From a virus (lineage: Duplodnaviria; Caudoviricetes): a stretch of DNA of 64,000 nt. The translations under genes were made by a program, and so were the position numbers. The notes beneath the pieces are model-generated. The model worked only from the letters and a program-made list of their open reading frames with translations. It had not been told where the DNA came from and did no database searches. Positions 15,502-26,255 of the stretch are shown here, piece by piece; position 1 is the first letter of the stretch; every line of letters starts with the position of its first letter. The stretch spans positions 4,067 to 68,066 of the IMG/VR virus record IMGVR_UViG_2529293276_000003. One strand, written 5' to 3'.

Positions 15502-18168
15502 TTAAGTGATTAAAAGAACATCTTCAACTTGTTGTTGTATGTCTGCCACAGTTGTTAGATTAGGGGTTTGTTGTTTACTTAGTAAACCATCAGCTAAATT
15601 ACTTACTGTACCTAAAGACAAATTGACGACATTGATGTTACTATGCCTAGCATACATCATTTGAGGTGTCTCAAATAAGTTTACTTTAGGTGCATAGCTT
15701 GGCATATTAAGATACAGCTTAGCATCTTTAGCTACGCCCAAATCCAACATCTTTTGTTTGGTTTTGAGTGCTTCTGTTTTGGTTTGATACTTGACAGTTT
15801 CATCTTGGATTTGTTTATATACTTCAGCTAACTCATAAGCTTTTTGTTTGTTATAAGCATTAAATGACTGGTTTACTGCAGTCATAATATTAGGTGCGGT
15901 TATAAGCTTACTAAAGTCCCAACTTGCACCATGAGCCGCCATAACCACTGTAATAATCAGTTGTAAATAGCCAGCTAATTTGGGTGAAACCAGTCCTAAC
16001 TTAACAGCAATTTTTACTACAAAATTAATGGCAAGACTTACTGCCAATGACTTTGCTAAAGCCACTAAAGCTGCATAAGTACTGCCACCATCACCACCCC
16101 CTGTTATGATAGCAACAGCAATACCAACAATCACAGCACCAAACTTAACAGCTGGTTTAACCCAATCACGATATACCTTGACAGTTTCTTCTGTACGGGT
16201 ATGTAATTGCATTGCATACTGTAAAAGTTCATCTTGTTCATGACGAGTTAATTGTTTTAGTAAGTAAGGCATGACAGGTAAATTATGGTAGGCTAATGTA
16301 GTAAAGCCCACTACCCTACTGCCATATAGCGTTGAAGCCATTAAGGTGCTATTTTTTCCTATAGGTGTTCTTGTTGTTTTAGGTATTCTGTTATAAGGGT
16401 ATAAGTTATAGGGCACAAACCAATAGTTATCAGGTCTTGTATAAGAGCCATTCGTCTGATGGTTTATTCTGATATCCAGCAGTTCATTGGGAATATCAAA
16501 AGTACTGCCATTACTGGTATTTATTCTCTGAGCCATGCGTTCAGTACTATTTTCTAGTTCATATTCATTAACTGGGGAGTTATGCCTAATAAAATTACTT
16601 CTAAAATCATCTATGTGTTCACGGTTGTATGTCATCACCTTGAATCTGTGTGATTGAAAAGTAAACGGATTGCCCTGCTGTCTCCAAAACACAGTGTCAT
16701 CAATGCCACCATACTCTGTAGGCAGGCTATACATATAAGTAAACTGACGATAATATGCTTGATAATCAGGATTAAAGTAAGTTGCTATCCTAAACTTAAA
16801 CATCATGTAGTTATACAGATGCCAGTATTTGTGTAGTACAGGTACATCAAAATCTGATTTATCATAAGGCAACGGTACGCTCAAGTGTATCCATACATCA
16901 TCTAATTTACCCCAATCAGCACCCATACTATCACGAAAACTAGAAATTAATTCTTTAATATCATACCCAAGTACCGCTAATGCTTCTGCTGCATAAGCAC
17001 GGTCATAGGCGATACGCTCGTGGCTTTGTTTTAATTGTTCTGTGCGTCTTTGTCTATTTAAAAACAATTTACCCAATAAAGAATTTCCTGTCAGCAGTTC
17101 TGAATCTTTATCCATATCATAATCAGAGATTCGTATTGGTATTGGGTGATACTGACTGATGGGTATTGTAGTTGTGTGTTTACTAGCCAATGCCCCAATA
17201 CGATGATTTCTTAAATCAGGGATATGTTCATAGTAGGTTTGTACATTACCTTGTTTATCAATATATTCTGCACCAAACCATTCATAAGGTTTTGTATCTC
17301 GTTCATCATCAGGATAAGGGGTAGGTACATAGTTTGTAGAGATATTAGGCAGTAGTGATTTAGCATCTATCCCAATCAGCTCTGCGATAGGCATCGTGTC
17401 TTTACTTGCTACTTCTTCACGCATGATTTTATCGTAGTCTTCTTTTAGAAATTTAACAAAGGTATAAGACTCTCTAGATAAAGGTTTTACTCTTGGGTAG
17501 TTGGCTAACTCTCTAATTTCCCTTGGATTTGTTTCTAATTTTGTTCTATAAGCCCTACTATAATTGTGTGCACGACTTAAGCGATTCTTAGGGTGTAGAT
17601 AGTGATAATTAGGTTTGTTAACATAACTACTAGAACCAAGATACCACGATTGTAGGTTATAATCATTACCTACTAATACCACCACATATCTTGGATTACT
17701 TTGTATGAGTACTTCATGATTATGGTCAGTTTTATTCACTTGTCTAAATCTAAAACGCTTTCTTGCCCAAGCATCTACACTAGGCAATTCCCATAAGTCT
17801 CCATGATCTATGTGCAAAAATTTATCTATTTGGTTTGGGAATTTTTCTTTAAGATACTCTTCCGCTGCTTTTTTCCAATTTAATTGTTTTAGTGGTTTGC
17901 CTATGGCACTGTACTCACCAAAATCCCAACGATACTCACTATAGATATTTTTGGTTTGTACCAGCTCATATAACTTATCCCATCTGCTTTTTAAGCCATT
18001 TTGACTGGAAGCTAATAAATACTCATGTAAGGGTCTTTGTGAACCTTCAAATACCCATTGTTTAATGGCTTGCTTCTTAACCTGTTTTGCATCACTGACT
18101 TGACTAGGGGCATACAAAGAAGCACTGTCCGTATTTGTAAATGTCTTTTTCTTTTTTAAAAAACTCAT
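15502..18168 (-). CDS. Virion structural protein, N4 gp53-like
   Basis: 888 aa with a hydrophobic C-terminal third. Synteny between gp52-like and gp54-like genes. Confidence 0.6.
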   Translation of the reverse strand: MSFLKKKKTFTNTDSASLYAPSQVSDAKQVKKQAIKQWVFEGSQRPLHEYLLASSQNGLKSRWDKLYELVQTKNIYSEYRWDFGEYSAIGKPLKQLNWKKAAEEYLKEKFPNQIDKFLHIDHGDLWELPSVDAWARKRFRFRQVNKTDHNHEVLIQSNPRYVVVLVGNDYNLQSWYLGSSSYVNKPNYHYLHPKNRLSRAHNYSRAYRTKLETNPREIRELANYPRVKPLSRESYTFVKFLKEDYDKIMREEVASKDTMPIAELIGIDAKSLLPNISTNYVPTPYPDDERDTKPYEWFGAEYIDKQGNVQTYYEHIPDLRNHRIGALASKHTTTIPISQYHPIPIRISDYDMDKDSELLTGNSLLGKLFLNRQRRTEQLKQSHERIAYDRAYAAEALAVLGYDIKELISSFRDSMGADWGKLDDVWIHLSVPLPYDKSDFDVPVLHKYWHLYNYMMFKFRIATYFNPDYQAYYRQFTYMYSLPTEYGGIDDTVFWRQQGNPFTFQSHRFKVMTYNREHIDDFRSNFIRHNSPVNEYELENSTERMAQRINTSNGSTFDIPNELLDIRINHQTNGSYTRPDNYWFVPYNLYPYNRIPKTTRTPIGKNSTLMASTLYGSRVVGFTTLAYHNLPVMPYLLKQLTRHEQDELLQYAMQLHTRTEETVKVYRDWVKPAVKFGAVIVGIAVAIITGGGDGGSTYAALVALAKSLAVSLAINFVVKIAVKLGLVSPKLAGYLQLIITVVMAAHGASWDFSKLITAPNIMTAVNQSFNAYNKQKAYELAEVYKQIQDETVKYQTKTEALKTKQKMLDLGVAKDAKLYLNMPSYAPKVNLFETPQMMYARHSNINVVNLSLGTVSNLADGLLSKQQTPNLTTVADIQQQVEDVLLIT

Positions 18169-18193
18169 AACCTACCTATTTAAACCAATAAAA

Positions 18194-18219
18194 AAGCTAA
18201 AGTATTGCTACTTTAGCTT
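18194..18219 (-). terminator. Intrinsic terminator after the gp54-like gene
   Basis: 11-bp stem AAGCTAAAGTA/TACTTTAGCTT with a U-tract on the minus strand. Confidence 0.7.
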
Positions 18220-18247
18220 ATTATTGTAAGGACTGGTTAATTACAGA

Positions 18248-20596
18248 TTATGCTGAAGTTACCCCTGTAATGGCTGTTTCAATCACACGCCCAATATTAG
18301 ACGCATTGAGTTTATTGACATCATTAGGTACGGCTTGGTCAGCGGCATTGGTATGGTGTACTTTCCATACATCAGCCATGATATTTGCCATCTTAAGCTT
18401 ACTGTCATTATCAAAGCTCTTAGCCTGTGCTGTCAGTACTTTATTGTTCTTATCCATAACAGAGTTTGCTTTGATGTATTGACCATCTGTTTGTGCTTTT
18501 TCTGTAATGACCTTTTGGCTATATAGCTCTTTTTGGGCGGTGATTTGGGCAATCTCAGCAGGAATTCTCTCAACTTCTTTGGCTTTTACTTTCACTTCTT
18601 CACGAGCCACATTGACCTTTTGCTGGGCTAATTGCAGTTCTTGTGGTTTGATATTTTGAAGTTCATAGCGTGTCAGTTCTTTTTGGGCTTGTTGTAGATC
18701 TACTTGAGCACGATTTAAAGCCACTTGAGCATCTAGTACGGATGTTTGTTTTGTGGTTAATGCAGACTTAGCGACTTCATGTTGAGCTTGGTTTAGTGTG
18801 AGTTGTTTTTGGCTTGCTTTTAGTTCCAAATCAGGATTCACATTGGCAGTAATGGCACTGGTCTGTGCTTTTGTTTGTGCAACTTGAGCATCTAAAGCCA
18901 AAAGCTCCTTAGGCAATCTGCTGTTAATCTGCCCTGTTTGAGCGTTTGCTTGTGATACTTGAGCTGTTGTCAGTTTAACTTGTTCATCTAGTATCAATAG
19001 CTCTTTAGGCAGTCGTTTTACCAGCTGATCTACTTGTTTTGTTACTTGGTTTGTCTGTGCGTTTGTCAAGCCAGTTTGTGCATCTAAAGCCAGTAGCTCT
19101 TTAGATGTCTTACTGTTTAGTGTATTACGCTGAGCATCTACCATCAGTTTATTGGCTTCAACCAAAGCACTTTGTTTACTTTCTGTGGTGGTTTGAGCAT
19201 TGATTAAACCAAGCTGACCTGTTACCTGTGCTGTTTGTGCTTGAGTTAATTTAGTCTGTTCAACTTGACCTAATCGCTGTGTATTGACCATATCCTTTTG
19301 AGCAGTCAGCATTTCAACTTCTTTAGGAAGCTTGGCTGTGATACTGCTTGTCTGTGCTTGGATTTGAGCAGTTTGTGCATTAGCTTGGTTAGCGTTTGCT
19401 TGGATAAGCTTGGTCTGCTCTACTTCTGTTTTGATTCGTTGCGTGATTGCTTTGACTTCTTCTTGCACCTGTGCTGTTTGGGCTTGGGTTAAGGGTAGTT
19501 GTGCTCGTTTAATCTCAAGCTCACCTTGAGCAATCTGTACTTGAGCTTGTTTTACTTTTAGCTCTTCATTCATTAAAGAAATTTGAGCGGCTTTTAAGGC
19601 AGTATCAGCTTCTAGCTGTGGTACTTGTTTATCTTTTAGTATGATGTCTTTTTCCATCAAAGCAAGCTCTTTATTAAGCTTACCACTAACGGCACTTGCT
19701 TGTGCTGAAACCAAGGCTACATTAGCACCAGTTAGTTCTTGTTGTGCTTGTTCTACCAAGATATGCTGTGCTATCTGCTTCGTTTGTTCTTTGACTTGTA
19801 GGTCTTGAGATGTCAGTAGTGCAATCTCTTTTGGTAGCTTGCTTGTAATGGCTGATGTCTGTGCATTGGTTTGTCCAATTTGACTATCCAGTACTTGAAT
19901 TTCCTTAGGTGTCTTAGCTGTGATTGCGTTAGTTTGTGCCACAATCTGAGCAGTTTGTGATGTTACTTGTGCAGTTTGTCCTTTGATTTGTGCTTCTTGA
20001 GCAGTCAATAGTAGCAACTCTTTAGGTAATTTCTGAGTGAGTTGGTCTGTTTGTTTATTGGTTTGTAGTGTCTGTGCGTCAAGCAATAACAACTCTTTAG
20101 GTAGTTTGGTGGTGATATTAGACGCTTGAGCTGTTGTCAGTTTGTTTTGTTCCAACTGACCTAGACATTGTGCATCTAGCATTGCTTTTTGGCTATCTAA
20201 AATCAGTACTTCTTTAGGCAGTTTTGCTTTGATGTTATCAGTTTCTTGTGTGACTTGTTTTGTTTGTGCTTGGATTAGCAAATCTTGATACTGGCTTGTC
20301 TTGATTGTTGCATCAACCTTCTGTATTTCTTTAGCCATAAGCTGTAGTTCAACACCCAGTTTGGCTTTACTAATTGCATATTGACTACTGGTTTGTAAGG
20401 CAACTTCCATACCACGGATATACGCATTGGCATAGTCTGTTGCTCTGATTCGTTCCGCTTTAAACTCTTCATGTAAATGAACTTTTACAACATCCATCAG
20501 AACATCAAAAACGCCTGTACCGTCTAATGTCCCATGGGTGAGTTCATTAATATTAAAGTCAGGCAATGCCTGACTATTTGGAATATTTACTGTCAT
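18248..20596 (-). CDS. N4 gp54-like structural protein (probable tail tube) with expanded coiled-coil repeats
   Basis: N-terminus ELTHGTLDGTGVFDVLM...RIRATDYANAY and C-terminus ELYSQKVITEKAQT resemble gp54-like proteins. About 10 internal (K/R)LPKE-type repeats. Confidence 0.7.
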   Translation of the reverse strand: MTVNIPNSQALPDFNINELTHGTLDGTGVFDVLMDVVKVHLHEEFKAERIRATDYANAYIRGMEVALQTSSQYAISKAKLGVELQLMAKEIQKVDATIKTSQYQDLLIQAQTKQVTQETDNIKAKLPKEVLILDSQKAMLDAQCLGQLEQNKLTTAQASNITTKLPKELLLLDAQTLQTNKQTDQLTQKLPKELLLLTAQEAQIKGQTAQVTSQTAQIVAQTNAITAKTPKEIQVLDSQIGQTNAQTSAITSKLPKEIALLTSQDLQVKEQTKQIAQHILVEQAQQELTGANVALVSAQASAVSGKLNKELALMEKDIILKDKQVPQLEADTALKAAQISLMNEELKVKQAQVQIAQGELEIKRAQLPLTQAQTAQVQEEVKAITQRIKTEVEQTKLIQANANQANAQTAQIQAQTSSITAKLPKEVEMLTAQKDMVNTQRLGQVEQTKLTQAQTAQVTGQLGLINAQTTTESKQSALVEANKLMVDAQRNTLNSKTSKELLALDAQTGLTNAQTNQVTKQVDQLVKRLPKELLILDEQVKLTTAQVSQANAQTGQINSRLPKELLALDAQVAQTKAQTSAITANVNPDLELKASQKQLTLNQAQHEVAKSALTTKQTSVLDAQVALNRAQVDLQQAQKELTRYELQNIKPQELQLAQQKVNVAREEVKVKAKEVERIPAEIAQITAQKELYSQKVITEKAQTDGQYIKANSVMDKNNKVLTAQAKSFDNDSKLKMANIMADVWKVHHTNAADQAVPNDVNKLNASNIGRVIETAITGVTSA

Positions 20597-20622
20597 TTTT
20601 GATGTCCTTTATTTTGTACTAA

Positions 20623-21141
20623 TCAGTCAATAACTTCACGAGTTTCTTGTCGTTTAGCCAGCTCTTCAATCTCTTTTGGTGTTGGTAGCGGTAATTCTTG
20701 TACCGCAAATGCAGGTACTAATTTAGACTCTACAATCTTATTATTACGGTTATTTGGGTCATCTCGCTCAATAAACTGTTGGAACTGTTTATCTTTGATG
20801 GCTTTTAAGATGATATTTTCTACAAGCCAAGGTTTACCGAGTGGTACAACTCGTTTAATAGAGCCAATCACAGAGTTACCTACCTGAAAAGTCTCAAATC
20901 CAATACTGGCTTTTTGTGAGTTCATAGAAGTAACAATAACATGAACAAGTTTTAGATTTTCATCCTCTACGGCTTGGATTTGTTCAGAATTATCTGCATC
21001 TGTTTCTTTTAGCAGCTCTTGTGCTATCATCTGTTTTAGATTTTTGATGGTTACTTTACTTGGGTAAGTTAGCCCCAAATCATCTGCTTGTTCTTTTAGC
21101 TGTTCTAATTGGCTTTTATTTGTTTGGTTTTCTGTTGTCAT
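20623..21141 (-). CDS. N4 gp55-like protein
   Basis: Start moved to ATG 21141 (MTTENQ, AAGGA RBS). Contains LVHVIVTSMN...FQVGNSVIG..KRVVP, directly downstream of the capsid gene. Confidence 0.7.
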   Translation of the reverse strand: MTTENQTNKSQLEQLKEQADDLGLTYPSKVTIKNLKQMIAQELLKETDADNSEQIQAVEDENLKLVHVIVTSMNSQKASIGFETFQVGNSVIGSIKRVVPLGKPWLVENIILKAIKDKQFQQFIERDDPNNRNNKIVESKLVPAFAVQELPLPTPKEIEELAKRQETREVID

Positions 21142-21174
21142 GAGAGTATTCCTTAAATGATTTATTAAACCAAT

Positions 21175-21206
21175 AAAACATATACCCATCACAGAGTATA
21201 TGTTTT
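21175..21206 (-). terminator. Terminator after the major capsid gene
   Basis: AAAACATATAC-N10-GTATATGTTTT. Confidence 0.6.
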
Positions 21207-21218
21207 ATCTTTTACTTG

Positions 21219-22382
21219 TTACATTTTTGCAACGACTTTAAGCAGTGCAATGCGTTCTACATACTGTGGCATAAAACCATACCACCATTTTTTTGATGTG
21301 AATCCAGTTTCACCATAAGGGTCTGCAGATGACGCTGTTGCTTCACCTGCTTTTTTATGAATGGTTGTAAATTTACCATTACCCCCACCTGACTGAAAAC
21401 CAATGGTTGTAAATGCTTCATCACCCACCACCAAGAATGGAAATACATCGTATTTATTATTGGTTTTATAATAAGCAGCATCGGTTGCCTCAGCACCCAC
21501 GCCAGCCCATTTCATCATGCGTGGTACAACAATAATACGAAAACCTGCAATACGCCCTACTTCACCTTTTAGCAAGGTAGTACCTGCTGCGTATTGATGA
21601 GCAGGGATAAATGCAGGCTTGTTATGATAATCTACCATGGCTTCTAGTGTTGGGATAAGCTCAGAGCCCACATAAGCGATACGACAATCAGGGATTGTAC
21701 GAGTATCTGTAAGTCGTGTACCAGTGATAATCTTGGTTTGCTTAGGACAACGGTTCTTATCCAAATCAATACCCAACTTCACCAAATCTGCGTACTTAAG
21801 CTCCATACCATGGGATAGCTCACTGTTTTGTGTTGCTGTCCCTGCATACTTGACCAAACCAGCATTCGTCAATAGATCAAGCTGTAGCTTGTCTTCATAA
21901 ACAGTCATACAAGCATTGGTAGTTTCACGCTCAAGATGCTCTAGTAGCTTAGCATCAGAATCAAAATTCACAGCATCATTTGAGTATTCATAAAATACAC
22001 CAAACTTTTGTAGATTAGATTGAATCTCTTTACGAGTCATACCAATACGGTTTTTACGACCGCCCAATTCACCCAGTACTGGGAATTTATCTGCAATTAA
22101 GCCAGCATCATTAGATGAGCCATACAAATTACCGTTAGCGTATTTTGCTCCTTTGGCGTCCAAACCCATTTCATTAGAGTTACGGTCATCAATGACAGGG
22201 AAGTAGCGATATTGTTTAATCACTGTACCTGAAGTTTTAGGCATCGTACGGCTATCTGCCAATTGACTAAAATAAGCTTCTTCTAGTGAATCTAATAAAG
22301 CTTTGCGTTCAAAGACATGAGGATTAAGTTGGGTAGCTCCTACGCTTGTAGGGTTAGTACCATTGTTATATATAACTGTCAT
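21219..22382 (-). CDS. Major capsid protein (N4 gp56 family)
   Basis: 387 aa. MPKTSGTVIKQYRY, LGELGGRKNRIG and DPYGETGFTSKKWWYG are typical of N4-type capsid proteins. Confidence 0.92.
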   Translation of the reverse strand: MTVIYNNGTNPTSVGATQLNPHVFERKALLDSLEEAYFSQLADSRTMPKTSGTVIKQYRYFPVIDDRNSNEMGLDAKGAKYANGNLYGSSNDAGLIADKFPVLGELGGRKNRIGMTRKEIQSNLQKFGVFYEYSNDAVNFDSDAKLLEHLERETTNACMTVYEDKLQLDLLTNAGLVKYAGTATQNSELSHGMELKYADLVKLGIDLDKNRCPKQTKIITGTRLTDTRTIPDCRIAYVGSELIPTLEAMVDYHNKPAFIPAHQYAAGTTLLKGEVGRIAGFRIIVVPRMMKWAGVGAEATDAAYYKTNNKYDVFPFLVVGDEAFTTIGFQSGGGNGKFTTIHKKAGEATASSADPYGETGFTSKKWWYGFMPQYVERIALLKVVAKM

Positions 22383-22400
22383 TAGAAATTTTCCTTTGTA

Positions 22401-23525
22401 TTAGTGGAATTTTTGTTGATTATAGAATTTTAAAAACTCTTCATCAGATAGTTTTAATGGGTCAAAACCAGCATTAGATTGGCTTGTACTGCTCTTAGGT
22501 ACTGATGCTCTTTGCTTTTGTGCTTGGTTTTGACTGTTTACTTGTTCTTGATTGGCTTGTGGTCTAGGTGCAGTAAATCCTTGTTCTTGTTTTGCTACTG
22601 GTTGATTGGCTTGTAAGATACGAGCTTCTACCTGCTCATAAGCATGTAAGAAAGGAATGCCTGATAATCTACCCAACATTTTTTCATAATCAATGGCTGA
22701 CATGATTTGTTGGTAGATACCTTCATCTGCTTGTTTTGCCATTACCCTTAGGATTTCAGGATTGTCACTGACAATTGCCTTTGATTCTTTATCCCATAGT
22801 GTTGTAATGTCTGTTACCACATCTTTAAAAGTTTCATGATTACCATACAACTCTGTAATGGTATCTTCTAATGCAGAAGGTTCATTGACCACGGTTTTTG
22901 GTGTGTACTGTTCTGCTTGGTCTGTATCAAAGCTGTATAAATCAATATCAGCTTCTTTAACCAGTTTAGCAATCGCTTCAGGTTGTTTATTATATAAGTC
23001 TATAAGATAAGTGATTTTATCTGCATCATTTAAGCCATGTTGCTCTAAGGTACGCATTAACGCCAAATTAGGCTTAAGCTGTGCCATCTTTTTAGAGTAG
23101 TTTGCTCCTTGTTGCATCAAAGCAATCATATCATCAGCATTTTGTACTTGGATTTCACGACCATTGGCTTTAAAAGGCTTAGTCAGTTTTTCATAAAATG
23201 CTTGGTAATCTGTTTGCTCAGCTGGCTTATCATCAGTATTAGTATCACTGTCAGACTCTGTTTGTACAGTTTCATCATCAGTATCAGTCGCTTTGGTGTT
23301 TTGTGTATCAAGGTTACTTGATGGTTTATCAGCTTGTGTTACTGCTTCATTCACTGTCTCATCAGAGTTATCATCAGTTTCTTCTACTGCTGTTTGGATT
23401 TCATCTTGTGTTGTGTTGATTGGATTATTATCCCAATTCACTTCTACATTGGATAAATCCAGTTTAGCCAGTTCTTCATCACTTAATGTGCTATAGTCAA
23501 TTTCACTCATCTCATAGGTACTCAT
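22401..23525 (-). CDS. N4 gp57-like protein (annotated tape measure, possibly scaffold)
   Basis: Acidic N-terminus, then KPFKANGREIQV...LMQQGANYSKKM. Synteny. Confidence 0.75.
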   Translation of the reverse strand: MSTYEMSEIDYSTLSDEELAKLDLSNVEVNWDNNPINTTQDEIQTAVEETDDNSDETVNEAVTQADKPSSNLDTQNTKATDTDDETVQTESDSDTNTDDKPAEQTDYQAFYEKLTKPFKANGREIQVQNADDMIALMQQGANYSKKMAQLKPNLALMRTLEQHGLNDADKITYLIDLYNKQPEAIAKLVKEADIDLYSFDTDQAEQYTPKTVVNEPSALEDTITELYGNHETFKDVVTDITTLWDKESKAIVSDNPEILRVMAKQADEGIYQQIMSAIDYEKMLGRLSGIPFLHAYEQVEARILQANQPVAKQEQGFTAPRPQANQEQVNSQNQAQKQRASVPKSSTSQSNAGFDPLKLSDEEFLKFYNQQKFH

Positions 23526-23826
23526 CTAATGGGATAGCAGAGAGTTCTTGTAGTTGCTGTTCTGCCATTGCCCCTTGGGTTTTAATGTTTTGTAATTCAG
23601 CTTGTAGCTGACTTACCATCTCTAAGCCAAGATATAATGATGCCTGATTATCTTTATCCGTAGATAATTTAGCAACACTATCTAAAACATACTCATTAAA
23701 ATAATACATTTTAAACAAAGTAACAAAATCTTTGTTATGTTCTAAATTAGATAACGCTCTAAATAGTTGTATTTTGCGTTTTAAGGCTATCTTTTCTTGT
23801 TCTAGGGTGTCTATATCAATCATCAT
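23512..23826 (-). CDS. N4 gp58-like protein
   Basis: 104 aa between portal and gp57-like genes, with LSNLEHNKDFVTLF..YYF. Confidence 0.6.
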   Translation of the reverse strand: MMIDIDTLEQEKIALKRKIQLFRALSNLEHNKDFVTLFKMYYFNEYVLDSVAKLSTDKDNQASLYLGLEMVSQLQAELQNIKTQGAMAEQQLQELSAIPLDEYL

Positions 23827-23834
23827 ATTCTCGT

Positions 23835-26255
23835 TTATTGTTGAGCATTTGGTGGCAAAATAGACTGCATTTGAGCTTCATTAGCCATTGCTTGTTGGTT
23901 TAGGTCATGTTGTTGTAGCTGACTTAGTACATTATAATCATGCTGGTTTGCTTGACTGTCTAATAGCCCTTGTTGTTTAATCATCTCTTTTTCATTTTGA
24001 CCTTGATTAATCATGGCTTGTTTATTTAAGTCATGCTCTTGTTTTATACCACTGTCTCGCTCTACAAAGTCTAATGCTTTATTATCAGCGTCCCCTTGCA
24101 AGCTTTCTGCTCGTGCTTGTTCTGTACCCACTTTGGCTGTTTGTACTTGTGCTTTAGCAAGGTTTTCTTCTGCTTGTGATTTCATCAATTCAATCTCAGC
24201 TTGTAGTTTTTGCATCTGTAGTTGTTGTAGTTGTTGTGCCATCTCATCAGGTTGTTCTTGATAATTTTCAATCGCTTTGGCTAAATCAGGCATATTTCTT
24301 AAGTGTGCGATTTCAGATAGCATTAACTGAGTTAAGCCAGTACCTAATGTATTACCTACGGTTTGTAATAAGAAAGCCAATTGTTGTGATTTATTTTCAT
24401 TGGCTTCAGCCGTAGAGATGGTTAAAGTTAAATCAAATTCACCAGCCAAATCATCTCGTCTGATGGTTACAAACTCTTTATTTGTAATACGGACAATCTC
24501 TTTTTCAGATAAAAATTCACTGTTCATAGCCATGATGAATCTACCCATTTGGATAAATCCTTCACTGATTCGCCTTAAAATACTCATCTCTCTTTTTGAT
24601 ACCGCATCTAAGACACCACGAGCGGCAGTTGCACTATCCCCCAGATGTGATGCACTGATACCTTGCGATGAGAACGCTTTCACCCCTGATAAGCTTTCAG
24701 CTTCATTATTCATGCTGTGTACCATCATCATGGCTGAGTTAGGAATCTCAGGGAAAGTATGTGTATGTACATGTACTCTTGGGTCAAAGCCTTGGTTATA
24801 TTCATAGTCTTGTCCTGTTGAGTATTTCACTTTATTGGCAGAATCCAAAAAATTCTTAGGAAATGCTGTTTGACTGTTTGCACTTTTACCCAACAAATCA
24901 ATCATACCCCGTGTTACAGCACCTAGAATCTCTTGATTATCTCCTAAGAGTTCAGCATTAGGAATGCCCCAAATACTTTCTTCTTCAGGCAAATAATTAA
25001 AGACAACAAATGGTAGTTTACCCTTGGGAAATGGATTTTCTTCCATACGGATAATGGTATCCCCCACCCAAGCACAAACAATGGCAGTAGTTTCACCATT
25101 ATCATGAATATCCCAATATCCCCAATACTCATAAACCGTAAGCTTACGTCTTGCATTGTCTTGGAATTTAAAGACATCATCACTGGGTTTATCAATACTA
25201 TTATCTGCTTGTGATTGTTGCTCCATCAGATAACCCAAGTTTTGATAAATCCCCTGTTTTTTTAACTCAGATAATGATGATTCATAAGCATGAACAACAA
25301 ATTGAGCATTTTCAAAATTGCCACGACAAGTTGGGTCAATAAACACATTTTTAAGGTTACAAATATCTACCGTAGGCTTATTAACAATCACTCGCTTAGC
25401 TTGTTTTTCTGTAAAGCCAGCAGGTTCAGCAATATAAGGAATACCCTTTTCTACACTCATCTCATAGCCTGCTTTGACTTCATCAGCCAATGCTTCATAA
25501 CTGTCAGGTTCTGTTTGAGCTAACTGCTCTAACTGTGCTAATTGCTGATTGGCTTGTTCTTGTTGTTCTAAAGGCACAGGGACATAATTAAATAATGGTA
25601 CTTTTTCTGTGATTTGTTTTTCTTGATATACCCAGCCCATTCTTAACACACAACTGCCATTTTTAACCACCTGCCTAACAACACTATCCACCAGTGATAC
25701 TTTATTTAATTGTGTATTAAACTGTCTGTTTAGTATCAGTGCATTTTGTTTGGCTCTGTCTACATCTTCAAAGGTTAATGGTTTGACATCAAATAAATTA
25801 TTTGTAGACAAAAATGGTTCAGATAAACTGGGTGCTGTCCATTCAGATTGTTTGCGGATAAGCTTAGGGGTAATACGACTGCCTTTGTGATTTTTATCCC
25901 CAAACCTAGGAGCTTGATATAACTGTTGCCATTTTTCCAAATCACTGATGAATTTAGATTGAGCAGATTGAGCATGCTGATAATCGTGCTTTAAATCTTG
26001 AACACTAGGTTCATTAAGCCAGTTAGTTAATTTTTGTTTTTTGGTTTTAGTCATGCCGTCTTTGACAAGCTTACTATAACCATAAGCTTTAAAGTCATCA
26101 TCAGGCATACTATAAGCCTGCTTAAATTGAAGAGCCTTTGACTCTTGTGTGGGTGTTGTCATTGCACCCATCATAGCCATTAATTCATCAGGCAATGCTT
26201 GATTTGCTTGTGGGTCTTGTAATAACTGTTCTTGTAATTGTTCAGGGTTAATCAT
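23835..26255 (-). CDS. Portal protein (N4 gp59-like)
   Basis: 806 aa. PKLIRKQSEW, VYEYWGYWDI and GNAESLSG-like NNEAESLSGVKAF segments, with a coiled-coil barrel C-terminus. Confidence 0.92.
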   Translation of the reverse strand: MINPEQLQEQLLQDPQANQALPDELMAMMGAMTTPTQESKALQFKQAYSMPDDDFKAYGYSKLVKDGMTKTKKQKLTNWLNEPSVQDLKHDYQHAQSAQSKFISDLEKWQQLYQAPRFGDKNHKGSRITPKLIRKQSEWTAPSLSEPFLSTNNLFDVKPLTFEDVDRAKQNALILNRQFNTQLNKVSLVDSVVRQVVKNGSCVLRMGWVYQEKQITEKVPLFNYVPVPLEQQEQANQQLAQLEQLAQTEPDSYEALADEVKAGYEMSVEKGIPYIAEPAGFTEKQAKRVIVNKPTVDICNLKNVFIDPTCRGNFENAQFVVHAYESSLSELKKQGIYQNLGYLMEQQSQADNSIDKPSDDVFKFQDNARRKLTVYEYWGYWDIHDNGETTAIVCAWVGDTIIRMEENPFPKGKLPFVVFNYLPEEESIWGIPNAELLGDNQEILGAVTRGMIDLLGKSANSQTAFPKNFLDSANKVKYSTGQDYEYNQGFDPRVHVHTHTFPEIPNSAMMMVHSMNNEAESLSGVKAFSSQGISASHLGDSATAARGVLDAVSKREMSILRRISEGFIQMGRFIMAMNSEFLSEKEIVRITNKEFVTIRRDDLAGEFDLTLTISTAEANENKSQQLAFLLQTVGNTLGTGLTQLMLSEIAHLRNMPDLAKAIENYQEQPDEMAQQLQQLQMQKLQAEIELMKSQAEENLAKAQVQTAKVGTEQARAESLQGDADNKALDFVERDSGIKQEHDLNKQAMINQGQNEKEMIKQQGLLDSQANQHDYNVLSQLQQHDLNQQAMANEAQMQSILPPNAQQ

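Noticed and set aside
18248-20596. Repeats as a CRISPR array or DNA-level tandem repeat
   Set aside because: The periodicity is at protein level with synonymous divergence. There are no identical repeats with unique spacers and no cas genes.
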